NCBI GenBank assembly: GCA_947624505.1 | Contig: CANQKO010000002.1 | Location: forward strand, 10,097 to 74,096 | Reading direction: 5' to 3' | DNA: 64,000 nt | DNA from: an uncultured Bacilli bacterium | GTDB lineage: Bacteria > Bacillota_I > Bacilli_A > RF39 > UBA660 | In this document: positions 27,848-38,800 of the stretch, one piece after another | How positions within the stretch are numbered: position 1 is the first letter of the stretch | Layout of the letters: every line of letters begins with the position of its first letter | Program-made: the position numbers and the translations under genes | The notes under the pieces: model-generated | Told to the model about the DNA's origin: nothing | Databases searched by the model: none | What the model saw: the letters and a program-made list of their open reading frames with translations, nothing else

Positions 27848-29479
27848 TCAACTTACGCGAGCGGGCATATAGCATTTATCAGAACCATATAGCGACCCAA
27901 TGCCGTTAGGGCATCTATAACGCGTACACATCTCGCTACATTCCAAATGAGCACCTTCCGAAGAATTCCAAGTGCCGCTTCCTGGATCTTCATAACAGCC
28001 TTGAAAGCACTCGGGCGGATTAGCATTTGCTTTAGCAGTCTCACATTGTTCTTTGGTTGAATAATACTTCACATTCCAGCTACACACTGTCTTACATCCC
28101 GCACAACCATATTGCTCTTCTACCGCATCCCAAACACATATATATCCTCCCGAACTCTGACCATAACTCGGATTATAGGTTAACGTTCCTCCTATTCCGT
28201 CGCAAGTGTAAGTAATATCTTTATCAGTCAATACACTAACACTCGGATAAGGCTCTTGACTCCATCTTCCTGAGACATCTCTTACTCTTGCTTCTATGGT
28301 ATATTCTGTGCCATCATTCAAATTATTTATTGTACAGCTTCCATCTGGAGCATTTGTCCACTCTTCTGTTTCTTTTACTCTACATTGTCTTTCTATTATA
28401 CTACTACTTGGTGTTGTATCTGTTCCACTTACTGTTACTGTGATACTACTTGTATCTTTTGTATTTTCTTTTACTTCTGCTGTTGGATTACTTGTATCTA
28501 GTGTTATTGTCTTTGTTTTTGTTATTGATACATTTCCTTTCTTATCTTTTAAGAAGGCATTTATTGTTTTTAATCCTTCATTATTATTGCTTAATGTTAA
28601 TGTATTTGTAATGGTTTTACTATCTCCAACTGATTTCCATTCTCCATCATTACAACTATCATTTTCTGTTATACAATAACTTTCTACATCTTCATCTGTA
28701 AATGTTAATTTATATGATACCTCATTTTTATGAGTATATAATTTATTATCTGTTAATTCTGTATTATCTGTAACTCCTGTTACAGTAAATTCTTCTATTG
28801 TTGGTGGGGTTGTATCTTTTAATACACATTTTAAATCACTTACTTCAACACTTATATTTAACTCTTTATTTACTAAATAATCTTGAGCTTTATTTGGATC
28901 ATTATTTAATAATACTTGTAATTTTATTTCATTTTTATTAATCTTACTTACATCAAAATTTGTTACATAGACTTTTTTATTGGCTTCTAATTCATTTTTT
29001 ATATTACTTAAATCATATTCTTCTTCTAAACTATTACCTGTTAATTTTAACTTTAAATCATTTTTATTAATTACTTCACTTAAACTATTTTCTTTTTCAC
29101 TAATAAGAGAAACAGTTATATTAGCACTACATTCATACGTATTAATGGCATCTTGTAAGACACTTACACTAGCAATTATATTAGTTCCTGCTTCTTCTGT
29201 TATTTCATAATTCTTTGTTTCATCACTTGTGGCATAATATGTTCTTACTTCACTATTTTTATTTAAATCAGAGGGTTGTAATCTTATATGCAAGTTATCT
29301 ATTAATTGTGATAAAACTATATTACTTAGTTTTGGTGTTCTACCCGCTATATTTGTTATAGCATTACTATCTGAACTAGCACTAAAATAGGCATATGTTG
29401 CTCCCACTGTTAACATTATTAAGAATGCCACTGCTATTACACTACTTACTATTAATTTCTTTTTATTATTTTCTTTCAT
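27848..29479 (-). CDS. secreted protein with a SipW-cognate-type signal peptide, Ig/Fn3-like domains and a ~120-aa Cys-rich C-terminal module
   Basis: Start at MKENNKKK (GAGGT RBS). The signal ends ...LTVGATYAYFSASSD (TasA/CalY-type motif). It shares the Fn3-like block with the 24823 gene, and its C-terminal coding region is GC-rich. Confidence 0.7.
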   Translation of the reverse strand: MKENNKKKLIVSSVIAVAFLIMLTVGATYAYFSASSDSNAITNIAGRTPKLSNIVLSQLIDNLHIRLQPSDLNKNSEVRTYYATSDETKNYEITEEAGTNIIASVSVLQDAINTYECSANITVSLISEKENSLSEVINKNDLKLKLTGNSLEEEYDLSNIKNELEANKKVYVTNFDVSKINKNEIKLQVLLNNDPNKAQDYLVNKELNISVEVSDLKCVLKDTTPPTIEEFTVTGVTDNTELTDNKLYTHKNEVSYKLTFTDEDVESYCITENDSCNDGEWKSVGDSKTITNTLTLSNNNEGLKTINAFLKDKKGNVSITKTKTITLDTSNPTAEVKENTKDTSSITVTVSGTDTTPSSSIIERQCRVKETEEWTNAPDGSCTINNLNDGTEYTIEARVRDVSGRWSQEPYPSVSVLTDKDITYTCDGIGGTLTYNPSYGQSSGGYICVWDAVEEQYGCAGCKTVCSWNVKYYSTKEQCETAKANANPPECFQGCYEDPGSGTWNSSEGAHLECSEMCTRYRCPNGIGSLYGSDKCYMPARVS

Positions 29480-29530
29480 ATTTAACCTCATTCACACCCG
29501 TACGATGATAATATGTCAATGGTGAAATAA

Positions 29531-29941
29531 ATGAAAATAAATGCTAAAGAATATCCCACTAATGACATATTTAAATTTTTAAGAGAGGCTTTAAATTTAA
29601 CCCAAAAAGAACTAGCTAGTGCCTCTGGTATCAGCATAAGTTCAATTGAAAAATATGAAACTAACAGACAAAATTATACTTATGCTACTTTATTAAAAAT
29701 AATTAAAATATTTAATTTAAAAATAAATATGAAAATTAATATTAATAATTTTAAATGTAATGAATTAATTAGATACTTAAGAAAAGATTTAAATTTAACC
29801 CAAGAACAATTTTCTAAAAAACTTAATATCAGTTTAAGTTCTTTAGAAAAATATGAAAGTGCTAGACAAGATTACCCTTTTATAATATTAGTTAAAATAG
29901 CTAAAACATTTAATTATGATTTAATAATTCAAGATAAATAA
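29531..29941 (+). CDS. XRE-family regulator with two tandem HTH domains
   Basis: LNLTQKELASASGISISSIEKYE and LNLTQEQFSKKLNISLSSLEKYE repeats; divergent from the 27848 gene. Confidence 0.7.
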   Translation: MKINAKEYPTNDIFKFLREALNLTQKELASASGISISSIEKYETNRQNYTYATLLKIIKIFNLKINMKININNFKCNELIRYLRKDLNLTQEQFSKKLNISLSSLEKYESARQDYPFIILVKIAKTFNYDLIIQDK

Positions 29942-29961
29942 AAATAAGAAGATCTCTCTTC

Positions 29962-31188
29962 TTATTCATATATTCCTAAATAATATTTTTTCTTACCCTT
30001 TTTTATTAAATAAACTTTTTTATCTATGGCATTATCTTTACTAACTAAATAATTACAATCATTTATTTTTATATTATTTAAACTTATGGCATTACCATTT
30101 ATTAACTCTCTTGCTTCTCTTTTACTTGTACAAATATTACCTAAAATAAGTAAATCTTCTAATATTATATTATCTTTTAAAATAATTTTTTCCATATCTT
30201 TAAAATTATTTAAAATATCATCACTAGATAATTCCATTATTTCTTCAGAGAATAATGCTTCACTCATTTTAAGAGCTTTTTGATATTCTTCTTTTCCGTG
30301 TAAGAAGGTAATTATTTCTTCCGCTAATTTCTTTTGGGCCATTCTTAATTCTGGTGCTGCTTGATGTTCTACCTCTATTTTCTCTATTTCTTCTTTAGTT
30401 AAAAATGTTAATTTCTTTAAATAATCAATAACTATATCATCAGAAGTATTAATTAAATATTGATATAATTCATAACTAGATGTTTTATTTTTATCAAGCC
30501 ATAAAGCATTCCCTTCAGTTTTACCAAATTTAACACCATTTGCGTCCAGTACTAAAGGCATTGTTAAACCATATAATTCAGTATCAAGCATTTTTCTTGC
30601 TAGTTCAATACCCGTTGTAATATTACCCCATTGATCAGAACCCGCAACTTGTAGAGTAACACCTTTTTCTTTATATAAATGTACAAAATCTAAACCTTGT
30701 AAAAGCGTATAAGCAAACTCACAGAAAGTAATTCCTGTTTCAAGTCTTCTTTGAATAATATCTTTATCTAGCATATAATTAACATTAATATATTTACCAT
30801 AATCTCTTAAGAAATCAATAATACTAATATCTTTAATCCAATCATAGTTATTCACAACTTCAAAACCAAATATTTCCCTAGCTTGTTTAGTAAGACCTAA
30901 AACATTTTTTTGAACATCTTCTTTAGTAATCATTTGTCTTTCGACAGATGGTTTAGGGTCCCCAATTAACCCAGTGGCACCCCCAATTAATAAAATAGGT
31001 TTATGACCAAACCTAGCAAGTCTAGATGCAATTAAAAATGATGAAAAATGACCTATATGCATTGAATCGGCCGTTGGATCAGTGCCAATATAAAAAGTTA
31101 ATTTTTCTTCATTTAATTTTTTTTCAAGTTCAGGAGTAGAAACATCTTTAATAAGTCCTCGCCATTTTAAATCTTCATAACAATTCAT
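29962..31188 (-). CDS. tyrS: tyrosine--tRNA ligase
   Basis: HIGH motif (MHIGHFSSF), KMSKS-type KFGKTEG, and a C-terminal S4 domain. Confidence 0.9.
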   Translation of the reverse strand: MNCYEDLKWRGLIKDVSTPELEKKLNEEKLTFYIGTDPTADSMHIGHFSSFLIASRLARFGHKPILLIGGATGLIGDPKPSVERQMITKEDVQKNVLGLTKQAREIFGFEVVNNYDWIKDISIIDFLRDYGKYINVNYMLDKDIIQRRLETGITFCEFAYTLLQGLDFVHLYKEKGVTLQVAGSDQWGNITTGIELARKMLDTELYGLTMPLVLDANGVKFGKTEGNALWLDKNKTSSYELYQYLINTSDDIVIDYLKKLTFLTKEEIEKIEVEHQAAPELRMAQKKLAEEIITFLHGKEEYQKALKMSEALFSEEIMELSSDDILNNFKDMEKIILKDNIILEDLLILGNICTSKREARELINGNAISLNNIKINDCNYLVSKDNAIDKKVYLIKKGKKKYYLGIYE

Positions 31189-31368
31189 AATATTCCTCTT
31201 TCTAATAAAAAAATCATAAACTAAGATTCTAAGGACGAGTTTCCCCGCGGTACCACCTTAATTTATGAATTTATCATACACTTTATTCTTGTAACGTAAG
31301 AATAACGTTTTAACTCCGGAGTTGTAAATTCCATCAACATTAACAATTTGATTATACAATTATTTTTT
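31189..31368 (-). promoter_or_regulatory. T-box riboswitch leader of tyrS
   Basis: The minus strand reads AAUUAAGGUGGUACCGCGGGGAAACUCG (T-box consensus AGGGUGGNACCGCG) about 70 nt upstream of the ATG. A TATAAT -10 lies near 31355, and a stem-I-like helix carries a UAC (Tyr)-containing loop. Confidence 0.7.
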
Positions 31369-32313
31369 TCATTTAGCAATATTTAACTTTTCATAAACTT
31401 TTTTAAATACTTTTTCATATTTATATTCTAACATTTTATAATATAGTTCTCTTTGATAATAACTAAATACTTCTAAACCTTCATAAGTATCAGGAATAGA
31501 TAAAAATAACTCTTTTATTTTTAACATATCAATTTTAGGGAATATTCGAAGTAATGCTTTATTACAATTAATATTTTTAGTACTTTCAATATATTTTAAC
31601 GGATTTATTAACTTATCATTTTCCGTAAATGCACAAACACTACTATCATAAGTCATTTGGATAAATTTATCATTATTATTTAAAATATCTCTAAGCTTTT
31701 CATCACCAGCTTTATTATAAAATGATGCTCCATTATCATATACAGGAGATAATCTTAAATTACCAGATTCTTTATCTAAAATGAGTCCCCAATTAGCTTC
31801 ATTTCGATCATTATTACTTAAAAAAGCATCAATAATAAACATATCCCAAAATCTTTCCTTTAATTTTGGAACAAATTCAAAATAAATATTGTTATTCATT
31901 ATATATATAACATCATCTAAATCATCAAAACGATTAAATTTTGAAGATGAACTTCTATTTTCTAAATACTCTTCAATATCTTTATCATAACTATTTTTAA
32001 TAGCATTAAAATCAATTATTTCTTCGGTATTTTTTAAAAAGTCTTTACAAGCTACGACTATTTTCCCATTTAAATACCCAAGTAATGTTTTATGAGTATC
32101 TATTCCAATTAATTCATATATATGGGAACCTAAATATTCTGATAATGGAGATGTAGTATAAGAAATACTATCAACATTCATACTTTTAGTACTTTTAGGA
32201 AATTTAACTAAATAAGTTTCACCATCTATTATAAGACCTATTTTACTTCCACTATGACCACCATAAGCTTTTTTAGCTATTTCCTCTTTATTAAAATCTC
32301 TTATTTCTAACAT
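31369..32313 (-). CDS. HipA-like (CtkA/HipA C-terminal domain) putative Ser/Thr kinase
   Basis: DAFLSNNDRNEANWGL and LSPVYDNGAS blocks resemble the HipA_C catalytic and activation motifs (D.h.gN.DRH..N). Confidence 0.45.
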   Translation of the reverse strand: MLEIRDFNKEEIAKKAYGGHSGSKIGLIIDGETYLVKFPKSTKSMNVDSISYTTSPLSEYLGSHIYELIGIDTHKTLLGYLNGKIVVACKDFLKNTEEIIDFNAIKNSYDKDIEEYLENRSSSSKFNRFDDLDDVIYIMNNNIYFEFVPKLKERFWDMFIIDAFLSNNDRNEANWGLILDKESGNLRLSPVYDNGASFYNKAGDEKLRDILNNNDKFIQMTYDSSVCAFTENDKLINPLKYIESTKNINCNKALLRIFPKIDMLKIKELFLSIPDTYEGLEVFSYYQRELYYKMLEYKYEKVFKKVYEKLNIAK

Positions 32314-32331
32314 TTCTTCACCAATTACTAC

Positions 32332-33051
32332 TTAATCCATATTTACATTATGGTATATTTCAGTTACATCATCAATGGCATCTAACATATTATATAGTTT
32401 CTTAAATGTTTCTAAATCTTCACCTTCTAAAGTAATTTTTTCTTTAGCAAACATTCCTATTTGATCTATTGTATAATCAACATTAGGAATAATTTTTTCA
32501 ATAACATCTTTAACTTTATCGTGATCATTTGGTTTCATTGTAATAGTTATTTCCCCATTTTCTTCTTCAAAATCAATAATTTCAATCCCCGCATTTAATA
32601 ATTCTTCAAATAACATTTCACTATTATCATACTTAAATGCTAAAACACCAAGATAATCATAATTATAAGAAACGGAATTAGTAACACCTAAACTTTTATT
32701 AACTTTATTAAAAGCTGCTCTTACTTCTCCCACCGTTCTATTAACATTATCAGTAAGAGTTTTAATTATTAAAGTTGATGCCCCAGGTCCAAATCCTTCA
32801 TAAACAACTTCAGAATAGTCTTCTCCCCCAACACCTTTGGCTTTCTCAATTGCTCTATTGATAATATCACTTGGCACTTGTTCTTTTCTTGCTTTATCAA
32901 TAATTCTTTTTAAACTAATATTAGCATCTGGATCAGGTAGTCCTTTTTTAGCAGCTAAATAAATTTCTTTAGCATAAGTGGTATATATTTTACCTCTTGC
33001 TGCTCCTGTCTTTTGAATACTATACTTTCTAACTTCATATGCTCTTCCCAT
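32332..33051 (-). CDS. yebC: YebC/PmpR-family DNA-binding regulator
   Basis: MGRAYEVRK...AKKGLPDPDANISLK N-terminus diagnostic for the YebC family; 239 aa. Confidence 0.9.
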   Translation of the reverse strand: MGRAYEVRKYSIQKTGAARGKIYTTYAKEIYLAAKKGLPDPDANISLKRIIDKARKEQVPSDIINRAIEKAKGVGGEDYSEVVYEGFGPGASTLIIKTLTDNVNRTVGEVRAAFNKVNKSLGVTNSVSYNYDYLGVLAFKYDNSEMLFEELLNAGIEIIDFEEENGEITITMKPNDHDKVKDVIEKIIPNVDYTIDQIGMFAKEKITLEGEDLETFKKLYNMLDAIDDVTEIYHNVNMD

Positions 33052-33064
33052 AAATAATTTCCTC

Positions 33065-34105
33065 CTATAAAATTCTTAAACTTCTTATAAAGTCATAAAT
33101 AAAATATTTTTTTTGACTCTTTTTTAAACTCTTTATAACACTTAATACTTTATATATATTAAAATATGAATAATCTTCTTTTAACATAGCATATTCTAAA
33201 GCTTTTAAAATTGCTTCTTTATTATTTTTAGCATTAAAATATTTTTTGACCTTTTTTTGTAAATCAGTATTAACGTGCCTCATTAAAGTATTATACAACA
33301 ACATCCTACTATTTTTAAAGATAAAATTATAACCATCATAATTTTTTAAGATTTTTAAAGTATCATAATATCCTAATTTTATATTTTCATTAATCTTACT
33401 TTTATTAACATTTAAAGTACTTCCTAAAAATCTTGATGGTACAATCTCTACTACTTTACTTTTATCTTTTACTCTTCTTGAAAAACCAATTCCTTGAATT
33501 TCAACAGAATATACTTTATCATATCCTTGATTTAAAAACATATTAATGGGATTATTGTCATAAAATCCTCCGTCAATATAATATTTATCATCAATTAATT
33601 TTTGCACTTTAAATACTGGTAAATTACAACTAGCTAAAATGTATTCGGGTATTTTACCCTTTTGCATATCTTTTTTAAATAAATATAATGGTTTTAAATC
33701 ATTAACTCTAACTGTTACTAAGCCAAAATCCATTTTACTTTTTCTAATCTTTTCTTCATCGATCATTTCACTTAAAATATCTTTTAAATGTGTATTATCA
33801 ATGCCTTTATTTTTAACAACTAAAGTTAATTCTTCAATACCATAAATAAGTTCTTTAAATTTATCTTTTTTATTAACACTTTCAACATATTTAGAATTAA
33901 AATTTAAAAGTTTACCTACATCAACACTTTTCCAAAACTCATATAATTCTTTTTCCATCCCACTACAAATTAAAGCAGCATTAAAAGAGCCAATAGATGT
34001 TCCAGCAACTCCATCAATCTTAATTCCACATTCTTTAAAAGCTAAGTAAGCTCCGACTTGGTAAGAGCCTTTAACTCCACCACCCGCTAGTACTAATCCT
34101 GTCAT
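33065..34105 (-). CDS. patatin-like phospholipase
   Basis: GGGVKGSYQVG oxyanion motif and a GTSIGS nucleophile elbow. Confidence 0.8.
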   Translation of the reverse strand: MTGLVLAGGGVKGSYQVGAYLAFKECGIKIDGVAGTSIGSFNAALICSGMEKELYEFWKSVDVGKLLNFNSKYVESVNKKDKFKELIYGIEELTLVVKNKGIDNTHLKDILSEMIDEEKIRKSKMDFGLVTVRVNDLKPLYLFKKDMQKGKIPEYILASCNLPVFKVQKLIDDKYYIDGGFYDNNPINMFLNQGYDKVYSVEIQGIGFSRRVKDKSKVVEIVPSRFLGSTLNVNKSKINENIKLGYYDTLKILKNYDGYNFIFKNSRMLLYNTLMRHVNTDLQKKVKKYFNAKNNKEAILKALEYAMLKEDYSYFNIYKVLSVIKSLKKSQKKYFIYDFIRSLRIL

Positions 34106-34109
34106 TTAA

Positions 34110-35036
34110 TTACCCCTTTTTAATATATAATATTATTTTTCCTAATAATTTACCAATTGGTCTATTTTTCCCCCGACTATATAATCTTTTATAATATTTT
34201 TCGATACTATCAGTTCGATAATTAATGAGATTATTTAAATCATCACTATCTATTAAAACGGGACTTATATAATCTTTATCTAGAATCAATCTTGCTAAAA
34301 CATATTTTAAACTTAAACCATAATTCTTTAAAATATTATCTAAGATATCTTGATATTTATATCTTCCTTCCGGACCCATTCCTATATTAAATATTTTTTT
34401 ATTAAGTATTGATGTATAATTTAAAGCCTTAACAAAGGCATAAGCAGCATCAAAAGTTGTTGTTACTTCTACTACTAAATCTTTTTTAACATTATAAATA
34501 AATGGTTCTTTTTTTAAATCACTTAAAACTAATGGTACTCTAAATATCGTATAATTTTTTAATTTCTTTTTTATTAATTCTTCTGTTATATATTTATTAT
34601 AACTAAAGTTAGTTAGTGAATCTTCTTTAATAGTCTCTTTAACCGAAGCCATTAATGATTTATCATACAAAGATGTTGTTGAAGCATAAAATAAATGACA
34701 ATTTTTATTATAATAGTTAATAGCTTTGATAATATTTTCGCACCCCTTATAATCTACTACTTCACCAATGTTTTTTGAAAAATCTCCTAAAGGAGGAAGA
34801 ACACTTGCTAAATGAATAATATAATCATTTTGTTTGACTACATCTTCCATTAAAGAATAATCATTTACATCACCATAAATAATTTTAATTCGCTTTTGAT
34901 ATTTTTTAAGTCTTTTATAAACACTTTTATTTCTTAAATCTAAAGCTGTTATTTCATATTTTCCTTCACTTAGTAAATATTTAATAACATTTATACCAAT
35001 AGCGCCAGAGGCTCCCGTAACTAATACCTTTTTCAT
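34110..35036 (-). CDS. NAD-dependent epimerase/dehydratase family protein
   Basis: VLVTGASGAIG Rossmann N-terminus; 308 aa. Confidence 0.7.
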   Translation of the reverse strand: MKKVLVTGASGAIGINVIKYLLSEGKYEITALDLRNKSVYKRLKKYQKRIKIIYGDVNDYSLMEDVVKQNDYIIHLASVLPPLGDFSKNIGEVVDYKGCENIIKAINYYNKNCHLFYASTTSLYDKSLMASVKETIKEDSLTNFSYNKYITEELIKKKLKNYTIFRVPLVLSDLKKEPFIYNVKKDLVVEVTTTFDAAYAFVKALNYTSILNKKIFNIGMGPEGRYKYQDILDNILKNYGLSLKYVLARLILDKDYISPVLIDSDDLNNLINYRTDSIEKYYKRLYSRGKNRPIGKLLGKIILYIKKG

Positions 35037-35050
35037 AATTCACCTACTCT

Positions 35051-35788
35051 TTAGAAAATTAATGTAATAAGTAATACTATTACACCTACTATTATACCAT
35101 AGATACTACTTTTTTTCTTAAAACTTAATTTAAATTCATTAAATAATTCAAATACTAAGATATAAAGAAGCATTCCAAAGGTAAGAGATAATAATATACT
35201 TTCTATTAGGGTGTTTAGATTACCAAAAATAATAACAATTAAAGATCCTAATACAGAACTAAACACTAATAAAAGGATTAATAACAAATTATTATTTTCT
35301 TTTCTTAAATCGTTTCCTATTTGCAATCCTAAAGGAATATTATGTAAAGATATGCTTATCATCATTAATATCCCACTTGTTAAATTATTTATAGTAACAC
35401 TATATAAAGTTAAACCCTCTAATAAATTATGAATTGTTAAGGCTAATATTGTAATAATACCAATATGATTTAAATGCTCAATATGTTCTTTTTTATTATC
35501 ATTATGTTCTTTATGGTTATGATGGTGATGAGGTACTAACTTGTCTAACAAAATTAATAAGCCAAAACCAATAATAAAAGGAATAATTAAAAAAACATTT
35601 TTATATTCGATGATTTCTGGTAACAAATCACCTATTAATAAACCTAAGATAATTGTAAAAGCAAGAGATGTTGTAAAAATAGTAATATTTTCTTTATTTT
35701 TAGATTTATTTAATAAACCAATCCCAATTAAGAAAGATAAACCTGTAAAAAGTGTTAATAAAAGACCCCAAACCATTAAAATCACCAA
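35051..35788 (-). CDS. ZIP-family metal (Zn/Fe) transporter
   Basis: 8 TM helices with a His-rich loop HHHHNHKEHNDNKKEH and a conserved HN..EG helix IV motif. Confidence 0.75.
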   Translation of the reverse strand: MVILMVWGLLLTLFTGLSFLIGIGLLNKSKNKENITIFTTSLAFTIILGLLIGDLLPEIIEYKNVFLIIPFIIGFGLLILLDKLVPHHHHNHKEHNDNKKEHIEHLNHIGIITILALTIHNLLEGLTLYSVTINNLTSGILMMISISLHNIPLGLQIGNDLRKENNNLLLILLLVFSSVLGSLIVIIFGNLNTLIESILLSLTFGMLLYILVFELFNEFKLSFKKKSSIYGIIVGVIVLLITLIF

Positions 35789-35837
35789 TACAATTTTACC
35801 ATTATAAGAAGAAAAAAGATAGTCACAAAACTATCTT

Positions 35838-38800
35838 TTACTTACCAATTCGTTCACATTCGCCAACTTCAATTGTTAAGTTACCTTTAATAGATTTATC
35901 AATATTATTAGATTGGTCAAATTTCGAATAATTTCTAAATATTAATTCAATATCCCAAACTTGAGAAGTAAGATTATCATCATCAGCATCATTACTTATT
36001 TGAATATCTTCAATTACATATTCAGCATTTTCAATAATATCGATATCATATGTTTCTTTTACTTCATTAGAACTTTTAGCTTTATAGCCCTTTAATCTTA
36101 ATATCATTTGATTTTTTAATTCTTTAAGTTCTTCTGTATCAGAAATATATTGGTTGGTAAAGTTATTGGTTTCAGTCTTATATCTTAAGCTATATGTACA
36201 AGTAGTAATTTCAGCATTAGATTTTAATGAAACTTTAGCTTGTTTAGGGCCACTTGTGATTTCAATAAATTCTTTATCACCAACATTTTCTTTTGACATA
36301 TCGTCGCCCGTAATTTTTAAGTTAATATTATTTGCATTTTCAATAGTAAGTAATCCTTCTATTTCATCCTCGGTACAATTCTTATCACACTCACCATCGC
36401 CATTACTATCACATTTAGAATCGCACTTACCATCGTTTGGTTTACCGCCATTACCACCAGTATCACAGTTTAAATCACAAATACCATTGTTATCAGGGTC
36501 ACAATTTCGGTCACACTCACCGTCATTTGGCTTTTTACGATCAGATCCATCATCACAGTTTTTATCGCACTTGTTATCATCAGGAGTTCCACCAAATGAT
36601 CCATCATCGCAATTACTATCACAAACTCCATCACCGTCATCATCACAGTTTTTATCACATTTGCCATCACCGGCAGTTCCACCAAATGAACCATCATCAC
36701 AATTAGAATCACATTTACCATCATTAGGCTTACCATTATTTTTTCCATCGTCGCAATTAGAATCACATTTGCCGTCATTAGGAGTGCCACCGTTTTTGCC
36801 ATCGTCACAGTTTAAATCACATTTACCGTCACCAGGAGTGCCACCATTTGAACCGTCATCACAGTTACGATCACATTTGCCATCATTAGCTTCTTTTCCA
36901 TCAGATCCATCATCGCAGTTTTTATCACACTTATTATCACCAGCTTTGCCGCCGAATGAACCATCATCACAGTTTTTATCACATTTGCCATCACCGGCAG
37001 TGCCTCCATTGGATCCATCATCACAGTTTTTATCGCATTTGCCATCACCGGCAGTGCCTCCATTGGATCCATCATCACAGTTTTTATCACAAGTGTTATC
37101 ACCAGGAGTACCACCGAATGAGCCATCATCACAATTGCTATCGCAAATGCCATCATTTATTTTACCACCGTTTTTGCCATCATCACAGTTTTTATCGCAC
37201 TTGCCATCATTTGGCTTGCCACCGAATGAACCATCATCGCAGTTTTTATCACACTCGCCATCACCAGGAGTACCTTTATTAGAACCATCATCACAGTTTT
37301 TATCACATTTGCCATCACCTGTAGCACCACCAAATGATCCATCATCACAATTCTTATCGCATTTGCCATCACCAGGAGTGCCTTTATTAGATCCATCATC
37401 GCAGTTTTTATCACAAGTTTTATCACCAGCAGTACCATTATTAGAACCATCGTCACAATTCTTATCGCATTTGCCATCACCTGGAGCGCCACCAAATGAT
37501 CCATCATCACAGTTACGATCACATATATCATCACTAGCTTTGCCACCAAATGATCCATCATCACAATTGGAATCACAAATATCGTCATTTGGTTTGCCAC
37601 CGTTTTTACCATCATCACAGTTCTTATCGCATTTACCATCATTTGGTTTACCATTATTGGCACCATCATCACAGTTTAAATCGCAAATGCCATCATTAGA
37701 TTTACCATTATTGGTACCATTATCACAATTACGATCGCACTTATTATCATTTGGAGTTCTGCCAAATGATCCATCATCACAGTTACGATCACATTTACCA
37801 TCACCAGGAATACCACCATTAGATCCATCATCGCAATTTCTATCGCATTTGCCATCGCCTTTAACTCCACCATTAGATCCATCATCACAATTGCTATCAC
37901 ATTTACCATCATTAGGAGTGCCACCATTTTCGCCATTATCACAGTTTAGATGACATTTACCATCAGTTGTACAGTTACGATCACATACACCATTATTATC
38001 TGGATCACAATTTTTATCGCATTCACCATCACCATCGGTGTCACAATTCCTATCACATTCACCATCACCAGGAGTGCCACCAAATGAGCCATCATCACAA
38101 TTTAAATCGCATTTACCATCGCCATCAGTATCACAATTTTTACTACATTTGTCATTATCACCAACATAGCAATTTAAATCGCAATCACCATCACCATCAG
38201 TATCACAATTTTTATCACATTTACCATCGCCATCAGTATCACAATTTAAATCGCATTCACCATCTCCGTCGGTGTCACAATTTTTATAACATTTATCATC
38301 GTCACCAATATGGCAATTTAAATCACAATTGCCATCACCATCAGTATCACAATTTTTATCGCACTTATCATCGTTATCGGTATCACAATTTTTATCACAC
38401 TTACCGTCACCGGCATCGCCACCAAATGATCCATCATCACAATTTACATCACATTTGCCATCACCATTGGTGTCACAATTTTTATAACATTTATCATCGT
38501 CACCAACATAGCAATTTTTATCACACTCGTCATCACCAGCTTCGCCACCAAATGATCCATCATCACAATTCTTATCGCAAATACCATCACCAGCAGTACC
38601 GCTATCGGAGCCATCATCACAGTTTTTATCACATTTGCCATCGTTAGGTTTACCGCCATTAGATCCATCATCACAATTAATATCACAAATATTATCATCA
38701 GGAGTACCACCGAATGAACCTTTATCACAGTTACGATCACACTTACCATCGCCAATAGTTCCACCATTAGATCCATCATCACAGTTAGAGTCACACGTGT

